Shown here piece by piece: positions 1 through 9,900 of a DNA stretch of 17,566 nt; positions within the stretch are counted from its first letter, which is position 1, and each line of letters opens with the position of its first letter. The stretch covers positions 146,530,016 to 146,547,581 of the forward strand of contig JANKJI020000004.1 of the NCBI GenBank assembly GCA_024626585.2. The letters run 5' to 3'. Both the position numbers and the translations under genes were made by a program. Under the pieces are notes generated by a model, which saw only the letters and a program-made list of their open reading frames with translations, had not been told where the DNA came from and did not search any database. Source of the stretch: Ginkgo biloba. Taxonomy: Eukaryota > Plantae > Ginkgophyta.

Positions 1-913
1 AAATTGTGTACAATTTCATTGAACTTGCTCCACGATTTTCAAATCCAGCTTATTGTAGGATCTGTGCTAAATTTCTAGTTTCCAAATTTTAGAAGACATT
101 ATTTGGTGGCTTCACATGTCAACTGGTAAGAAGAAGAATGAGAAGAAAGGTTGAGCACAGGTCTGAGAGAAATCAAACTGTGTTATGGATCTCAATCATT
201 TGTGGTGATTTTCCGTCATTCCTAAGATTGTTATAAATATATGTTAAAATCAGCTCTTGTGCTGAGTTTTAGTGATTTCCTTCATTATGTTACCTTTTTC
301 ACATTTTAGTTATATCTGCTCAGGAGGATTCCAATTGCTCTTCAACAGCTTTTTCTTGAAATCAGTACTATGGCATTTGGAATGTAGAAGGTGGACACCA
401 ACGGAGTTCATATTAGTACAAGGCATATAATTTCCTAGAGTTTTGGCAACCAAGAGAAGAAGTCATTTGAGGGGAAGCCCCCTGCTACAAATGATCAAAA
501 GTTCATGAGAGAAAATTCCCATCTGATTTGGAAGTAGATAAATTGTGGTCTTCAGGGATCAATATAGGCCCTTAAATGCAGATCTAATTCATTAGAGAGG
601 CTTTTGATATGCTCTTCAGAATTTCGAGAAACAGAAGAAAGAAAGGCTACAAATAACTGTTTCAATTTGGTGTATGTTTATGACAATGCATGCTCTTCTT
701 AGCAGATTTTAAGCAAAGTTGCAAAGAGTTTTATTTAGATGGGCATTAATCGGTACTATGCAGAATTTGTTATATTTATTTTAAAATTTCTGAAGTAGGT
801 CTTTGAGTTATTTCTTAAGTTTCTTACCTATAACTAACCTCAATTCTTTTTTGGAGGGATATTTTAATTTTTGAATTCAATATTGTAACCTATATCAGTT
901 TTGATACTTGCAG

Positions 914-970
914 GTACATGTGTTACAAAATGTAAATTTATCAATTAGTCCAGGGGAGCTAGTTGCCGTG
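914..970 (+). CDS. ABCB26: ABCB26-like exon, NBD start ([19 protein letters not shown])
   Basis: Acceptor ttgcag|, donor |gtacat; 57 nt, phase 0/0; typical pre-Walker A beta strands. Confidence 0.88.
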
Positions 971-3900
971 GTACATTTCATCCTAGGCTTTGTTCAATAA
1001 TTCTGCTTCTGTAATTGTCACACTATAAAGTCACAGGACATTAATGTATGATCTTGTGTGTATAAATTCGGACAGGTTGGTCTAAGTGGTAGTGGGAAGA
1101 GCACTCTTGTTAGTTTACTTCTGCGCTTGTATGAACCAATAAGTGGTCAGGTAAGCATTTTAGCCTCCACTCACCATCAGAGTAGAAATGGAGTAAGGTA
1201 CAATATTATAGTTGCACAAGTCATCTGACATGGTACAGTTTCACTCTAAAAGTGTGTCCGAAATGTGTGTCACAAAATTTCATTAGAGAACAAATATAGC
1301 AGATTTGAAAAAACAAGATACCTAAAGCATGGCCTTTTTTCCCTGAAAAATATATATTTTTATTAATGAAAAGATGTACATAAGACTGCCCATCATGCAT
1401 CACAGAGAAGTTGTTATTTAGTGGAACGTGGTTAATGTGTCCCACCTTATTCACCACTAAAGCATTGAAATAAAATAAACCTACTAAATCTTTGCATCAG
1501 ATTAAAGACNNNNNNNNNNAAAATGAATTACTAATGTCGTAGGTACCTACCTTCCTTTTGTATACATCTGCATCACACATGCTAGTCAAGACACTTGTGA
1601 GAGTTAGTATGGGCAGATACCATTTGCTTACCTTAGGCAATGATGGTCTCAGCAACCCTTTGGGATTTACATTGCAAGCTTCCACACTTAGTAGCTCTTT
1701 GGAACTTGGATTACCAACTTAACATAGCAATATCCGATGCTATGAGTGGCCAATGGGAGCATGGTGATATGAGTATCATGGCCAATGAACATGGGTATTT
1801 GGTATGATAATAATATGTTGACACATATATGTTAGATGAAACCCCAACATCCAACCAAGAATGCCATATCAAATGATGCTTCATTGTACCATCTATAAGG
1901 TGCTCCCACATATGTGCACATAAATGTTGCCCCTTTTAATCCATGCAATTGGTGCATCATGGATTATCCACGGAATTGTTTTATCATAGATGATTCATGG
2001 CATTGCGACATCATGAATTCTTTGCAGTCACAACATTGCTACATCTTAAACTTATGAAGGTAGGAATTGCTGCATTGAAACACCACCATGGTATTACTTC
2101 ATCACAATTCAGAAGCACCTTGTGTAATATTAATACAAGTACCCCCTCACTTCTTGGGTACAGGTTTCATATTAGCTTTGTCAAGTTTCATTCTTTTATT
2201 GCCATAGTAATATCATAATAACCTTTTCTTTTTTAGAATAGGAAATGCTTTTCCTTCTCAAAAAAGGTAATTACATCAAAATGATCTATGTTGGTTTTGA
2301 CTCTAAAAGATAGGTCTTGACTTCAATTTAATAGTGGTAGGAAAGTCGACAAACGTAGGCAAAGCCACACAATTTTGTNNNNNNNNNNNNNNNNNNNNNN
2401 NNNNNNNNNNNNNNNNNNNNNNNNNNNNNNNNNNNNNNNNNNNNNNNNNNNNNNNNNNNNNNNNNNNNNNNNNNNNNNACAAGCGTTGGATAATGTCATC
2501 CATAAAAACAACAAAGAGTATATCAAGCAACATTAATTGCAACCTGATGTCATCCATAAAAACAGAAGTCATAATTGGTCAAACCTAGTCAAAATCATTG
2601 TTAAAGATAGTCAAGGTCGTTGGGCAAAGATGCATAAGAATAACATCGTTTAATGTTGAGAAATCTGTCGGTTAAACCTAGTCAAAATCATGGTCAAAAT
2701 GGTCAAGACTGACTTCAAGTGTAGACAATTTTAATAATGGTCAAAATGTGGGTCAAAGTTGACCTAAATAAGTTGCATTTATGACAAGTCAAATTCGGGT
2801 TGACATGGGTTAAGCCAGCCTTAATTAGATTGCATTTTTATGACAAGCATTATTTGAGGAGCATTTATGACGTAGTCAGCACTAGTCAAAGCCCTCCTTA
2901 GTGTTAACGAAGGGCCATTGTTAGACAAGGGGAAAGCCTGCGGCTGACAACCAACGGAAGGCTACGACAATTGAAGGAAGTGATTGCGATGACTGATGAA
3001 TTCGGATGCTAACACCCAACGATCGACAAAACCTTCTATTGACAAATGATGGAGCTGCCCTTCGTCGACATCAACCCACCAATAGCCTTAGGATCAAACT
3101 CTTGTGTATTGTAACTGTCTGCGACAGTTATCATAACTGTCGGAGACATGTATAAATAGGTGTCGTTTGAAAGGACAAAGGAAGCAAAATAAGTCTTAGT
3201 CTGAATACTTCTTGTATGTGTAAGCTTGTGTTGTAATGTGTCCAAGATTTGGATTATAATTCTATTATCTCAATATAATAATACAATTGGTTTTGCCCAA
3301 TCAATTGTGTATGGATACTACTTGCAACTGAATGGTTGAATACACGATGTGCACTTGTCACTGCGAGAATAGAGATAGCTTGGATGCTAACCTTATAGGA
3401 CATCGACATGACTCAGGGAAGGAGGTAACTTCAACCCGTTATGTAGAGAATGCTTAACATTTGGCACCATTACGAGGCATATTATTTTAGAATATCACCA
3501 TCACCGTCGGACTTCAAAAACTCTTTCTTTTCATATACATGTCGTTATTGTTTCTCTCCTTACTTCATAGTGGTGTAGGCCCGAACATATGCAATGACAC
3601 CAAATGTCAAGCGTTCTCTGCTTAACGGGTTGAAGTTACCTCCTTCCCTAAGTCACGTCAGCATCTTGTAAGGTTAGCATCCGAGCTATCTCTATTCTAG
3701 CAGTGACAAGTGCACATCATGTATTCAACCATATAGTCACAAGTAGTAGCCATACACAGTTGATTGTGGGAAACTAGCTGTATTATTATATTATGAGATA
3801 AGAGAATTACAATCCAAATCTTGGACACATTACAACACAAGGTTACACATACAGGTAGTATTCAGACTAAGACTTAAGATTTTGCTTCCTTTGTCCTTTC

Positions 3901-6900
3901 AGACAACACTTATTTATACATGTTTCTGACAGTTATGATAACCGTCGAGGACAATTACATAACTATCTACAAGTGGCACAACACACATAAACCGAATGGN
4001 NNNNNNNNNNNNNNNNNNNNNNNNNNNNNNNNNNNNNNNNNNNNNNNNNNNNNNNNNNNNNNNNNNNNNNNNNNNNNNNNNNNNNNNNNNNNNNNNNNNA
4101 TATACATACATACATAGCTAGATTGGAGGTTATCATCAAAAGGAGAAGATTCTAATTGGTCTCTAATTTACTCTAAATCTCTTTGAGTGGTCCTCTCTAC
4201 TTTCCTCCTTATGTGAGCCACTTGTTTCTCAAATCCTCTTAGGAATTGTGTGAACGTATTGATTACCTTATTCCACCATGAAATTCATCCATTTTTCCTA
4301 AAATGTTGGGGTAACTAGGAAGAAAACATTATAAATTCCAATAATGTAGGATTAGAACTCTATATGAGAATCAGTGAGCCTAAAAATAGAACCCCTAGCT
4401 AGAAATTTATGCTCCCCATAACTATACTAAAAGTAATAGGAGAATGATAAAAAATATTATCACCTACAATCGTCACTGTGTCTAGTCTTTCATGGATTTT
4501 ATCATTCTTGGGTTTGAAGTTTGACTAGGTGAACCAAGAGCCATATAAGATGTTATAATAAGGGCGGTTGGGATCATACAATCCCCATTTGGATTTTAAG
4601 GCATACCACATTGATTTCTCATGGAAATTTGATGCAGGTGGGGGTTGGACGACAGAACTAGGAGGGGTTTCTCGAATCACATTAGTGATGTTGATGTCGG
4701 CATCGGTTACGCTCTCGCCAACAGTGTCAGTAATCTATCCATTCACCAATGGATGTCGGTAGGCCCACGAGATTGCTTGCTCACTCCCCTCACCAACATA
4801 CGTCGGTGACCCTTACAAATTGTCTCCGACCTCGCTCGCCTTCAGGATCTTTAGCTGGTCATGTCAGTGAGGCAGACCACCGACAACACACGGAAAAGAG
4901 TAACATGTGAGGGCAAAACACTTATAAATGGATGGATATAAAAATCGTGCTCACAAATATGTAAGGAAAATCACACAGAGAATCAACACAAGAGATTGAT
5001 ACACAGGATTTTCAACTGGAGAAACCCTCTCAGAGAATAAAACTCCAAGTCTCATTAGCAACAAAGATTTTACATCAATAAACCTTACACATGCCTGTGC
5101 GGCCCAAAAACCAAACTAACGGAGGTAAATGCATTCCACACAAGGTATATTGTTTGAGCCGCAACCTAGAGTAAACGAATATTTAATTCCTCATGTGTGC
5201 CTTCGCCGCTGCACCTTTGTGTCCCGTCCTTCACAAGAACTCAATCCACTCGCCCTGGTTGATTGAGTAGGAATTAGCTCCCTGCCTCACATCCCCTTGT
5301 TCGAGACTCTTCACCTCCAAACTAAACAACGATTTCTTTCCTTCAAGCTTTCTCAAAATCCAACAGCCAATCGCTACACCTTGGCACTATTCAATTAGCT
5401 AACACTCAAGCCCTACCTTCGTGCCTCCCTGGCTAATCCTCGAACTGCTCCACTATCTCATTGGACAACTCCGCAATTATCTCACTCTGCCTTTTTCTCA
5501 CCAAACAATCAACCCTTTCTTCATCAATTCGTGGGCCTTTTATACCTGAGCTTCAACGAATCTGGGCGCTTCTCTCCTTCAGCTCCAACGACTGAATTAG
5601 GTGGAGATCAATACCCATAACAATGCCTGTCGTTAATGTTGCAACATCATTCTAAGGTTCTTCCTCTACGCCTTTACTCACCTTCCTCAATCGCCTAGTA
5701 GGTGGATTATTAACTACACCCTAACGTTTGCCTGCATAGCTTTCTTCTTCGGCCCCTTGGTGCATGAACCATCATTAATGGCGCTAGGTGACTAGTTCAC
5801 CGACTCTTCATCCGACGTCAGTGAACTTCATATNNNNNNNNNNNNNNNNNNNNNNNNNNNNNNNNNNNNNNNNNNNNNNNNNNNNNNNNNNNNNNNNNNN
5901 NNNNNNNAGGAAGGATACGTCTTGATAGAGCCTAGGAAAGATTACGCACCTAGGAAGGAAGCATCTTGGCTATGCCAAGACTTCTTGGAAATAAGTGAAA
6001 CCAAGTGCGCACTTCTCCTAGATACGATACTCCTTGCCTCAACCACAAGACAGAGGGGGGGAGTTATGGAAACAGTTCAACTTCCTTTGACAGTGGAGCA
6101 GTTAAAAGGGTCTTTCAACTATAGAAACAGGGTTGGTCGACAGTTATTGACCAAGTAGAGAGCNNNNNNNNNNNNNNNNNNNNNNNNNNNNNNNNNNNNN
6201 NNNNNNNNNNAGACGAAAGAGCTCCACTCTATTGTTGATATGTAAATTATGTGTAAAGCCCTAGGACGATAAATAAATAAATAAATGGCAGAATTCTAGA
6301 AATGCAACCCTAGGACGATGTCATCCTAGGTCAACAATGCCCTCAAAATTAGAAGAGAAAGAACCCTAGTAAGACATCACCCATTCAACCATATAATAAA
6401 TTTTGATTTAAAAATTATGCCTTGTGTAGAGCACCCAACAAGCCAGAGAATAAGAAAAGTTAGAAGATAAAAAGAAGCCAAAAGCCAAAAATTAAGCCTA
6501 AGAGTTTGAAAATTGCCAAAACTAAACATCACTCCATAACCCCCCATAGAATAATTGGATTTGATGCTGGAAGTACCCTAATTATGACTTCCATCCTATG
6601 AGGTTGTTTGCCATGTGTCATTGTTCTATTGGAGGCTTCTTACATTGGGCTATTTGTTTGACCTTTAATGGCTTCTCCTTTCTTCTTAGAATTGCTACTC
6701 TACATGGTTCTACTAAAAGTTGTAGGGCCCACATATTGGCCTCATTACTCAATTTATGACTTTTTCCTCTTCTCAAGGTACAATTTGCTAGGATTGACTG
6801 GCCTATAACATCTTCCCACTGTGTGAAGACCATTGTCCTTAGTGAGGCTAACTTCATGTAGAAATTTGGTTGATTCCCATGTGGCTTCTTCAATTCGCTT

Positions 6901-9900
6901 ATTTTGTCCAATAATTGAATAGGATCATGCACCTCTTTCTTTACTTCTTAGATGTCTACAAAAGTAGGCATTACATTATGAAATTTAGACAAATCTTTCT
7001 TAAGAAAACTTACACAAAAGACTAGGTGCATTTTCACATATGCTAGCAACTATAATGTGTGAATTGCTTCATTTATCTTTTCCAACACTTAGAATGGTCC
7101 ATTATACCTCGGTAAGAGCTTTGTGCATCTTCCTATAGATAAGGAACTATCAATTTTAACTTTCAAATACACCATATCAACCACCTCAAATAACCTTGGT
7201 AACCTATGTTGATCTGGATAAAATTTGATACATGCTCGAGACCTTTCTATGTTCCTTCTACATTCTTTTAGTTCCTCAAGAAATTATTCAAGAATTTCTA
7301 ATGATAGATGCATTTTACCTTTCAAATCCTTTAAGTCCAATTTTTGAGGGATAAGAGGTTCATAACCATACATTACTTGGAAGGGTGCCATATCTATGGC
7401 CAAATGTTTATTGTTGTTGTATGTGAATTCTACAAAAGGAAGCTTCTCTTCCTAACTTATCTGCTTAGTCGCTACATGTGACCTCAACATGTCCTCCATA
7501 AGGTTATTGATTCTTTTCATCTTTCCATCCATATGAGAATGATCACTGTTATCAAAATTTAATCTTACACTCAAGCTTTGGAAGAAATCTTTCTAGAAAT
7601 AGCTCATGAACTTAACATATGGATTTCTCAAAATATTCTTTAGCACTCCATACTTGTTGAGTATTTTTGTTGCTATGATTTCATCTATTTCCTTCCCTTT
7701 ATGAGTCATTCTATAAGGGATAAACTTGGTTGTCTTTGTGCAACAATCCATGACCACTAGTATTTTATCATGTTGCATTTTTGTCCTTGGTAGAGACGTA
7801 GTAAAATCCATGGAGATGATTTTCCATATATTGTTGAGAATTGGTAATGGCATCAACAACCTTGCTGGTTGCTCCCTTTTACACTTATTAACTTAACATT
7901 GCTAACATGCCTTCACATAGTCCACTATTTCATTCTTCATGTTCTTTCAATGCACATCTCTTGGTGGCTTCATATATCTTATCTCTTACCACATGGATTG
8001 CAAAAACATTGTCATGGAAGTGGTAGAGAATCTTGTACTTTGATTATTGTTCAAAAGCAAAGTAAGGCTTGTTGTTTTTACATGGTGAGTGAAAAATGGA
8101 ATTTTAGCTATCACTCATTATTTTGATTATTGGAAGTGGATCTAATGTTTAAAACTGAAACTTGTAAAATAATCGTTGTGTATAATAGAAACAAAGGTGA
8201 AATAATTTGGTATAATTGAATTATGACAATCAATTAAGTGAAATAATCTAGATTAAAACACACAACAAAAAATGTGATAGCTTTGTGAAATTAAGTGATA
8301 ACAATCCTGAAATTTTCAAAATGAAGAAAATTGATAAAGTGATACAAGAGAAGCAATGCTAACAGAATCTTAAAATAATGTAGAAAGGAAATAANNNNNN
8401 NNNNNNNNNNNNNNNNNNNNNNNNNNNNNNNNNNNNNNNNNNNNNNNNNNNNNNNNNNNNNNNNNNNNNNNNNNNNNNNNNNNNNNNNNNNNNNATTGAT
8501 TTAGCATGCTCATGAATCCTTTCTAGCAACAATTGCATTGTATCAACCATGAAATCCTCTTAAAAGGAGACGGCCTATTGTAAACATTCCATTCATGCAC
8601 TAACATTGGCACAATATGTTTACATTTATTTATACCGGTGAACAAAATGTTTTCCATAAGGTTAGGGTTTTTTAATATTGAACCCTCAATTTGATTAATA
8701 CTTTTGCAGCTACAAGATAGAAGATCCAACAATAACAAACTAGAGAAGAAATGCTTTGAATTTCAAATAGTAACTAGGCCAAAATTTGTCCTTCATGTAG
8801 GGCACACTCCTTCCCAGAGGCCTGCATCACATTTTGGAGATGTCTAGAGGTCCTCTATATAGCCACAGTAAAGAAAAATAGTCCTATGATGATGATGCCC
8901 TTCTAGGATAGCAATTTCCCCCCAAGATTTGAAGAGAAAGAATACTGGTAAGATGTCACTAGTTCAACCGCATACAATAAATTTTGAATTGAAAATTATG
9001 CCTTGTGTAGAGTGCCCAACATGCTAGAAAATAAGAGGAGACAAAAGTCAGAAATTAAGCCTAAGAGTCCAAGAATTGCCAAGCCCAACCATGACTCTGA
9101 TTTTATAGAAAAATTGGGTTGTCATAACCCCCATAGGTTGGAAACTACTGATCTCCAAGGCATCTCACTGTTATCAGAACTGCTGCCGCTGCTTCTTTCT
9201 CTCATACATTTAGTTGGCCACAATGTGCTGTGACTGCTCGCCTTGATGACTGTTCATTTAAACTTCTCACCAAATCTCTAACCTGCATTCATTTGGTTAA
9301 GCGTGGACATATAGTTTGACAAGAATCAACAGCCAATGTGTCTTGACCCAAATAACAGTCATATGCAACTGAATGCACCTAATCATCCCCTTTTGCTTGC
9401 CAATATTGTATATGTCCTTTTGAGCTTCAAGGAGTGTTAAACCAGGAAGTGTATCATACCCCACCCTTGAACTGATCACAAGTAAGACCTAGTGGTATTG
9501 GGTCGTTTCCACTTGTGCATCTGTATAAAAAATGGGACTTGGTAATGCACAACCCTGGCCTCTGTTCCCTTGNNNNNNNNNNNNNNNNNNNNNNNNNNNN
9601 NNNNNNNNNNNNNNNNNNNNNNNNNNNNNNNNNNNNNNNNNNNNNNNNNNNNNNNNNNNNNNNNNNNNNNNNNNNNNNNNNNNNNNNNNNNNNNNNNNNN
9701 NNNNNNNNNNNNNNNNNNNNNNNNNNNNNNNNNNNNNNNTCGCCTTATTTCTATCATATTTTACTTTTTGTTGTTTCCTTACTAAATTAAGTTTACTTTC
9801 TCAATATGCTTTATATTTGGAAATTGTGGCTTAGTACACTTTAAAGCCAATCATTCTTTCAACACATACATATACATTTTTGTCGGAAACGGATTTTCCC

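Noticed and set aside
1-913. An upstream ABCB exon (expected F.xVSFxYPxR)
   Set aside because: No such motif was found by eye, so the stretch is treated as intron with a T-rich 3' end.
2303-2588. ORFs spanning N-runs (also near 3914, 8359, 9476, 12264, 14057, 15343 and 17273)
   Set aside because: Their length is inflated by unknown bases and they carry no recognisable domains.
3110-3959. MITE or DNA transposon with long terminal inverted repeats
   Set aside because: The arms carry LTR hallmarks (TATA, CA end, PBS) pointing inward. The outer ends fade without a defined terminus or target-site duplication.
6271-6286. (AAAT)4 microsatellite / poly(A) signal cluster
   Set aside because: Short simple repeat at a TE junction, expected by chance in AT-rich DNA.
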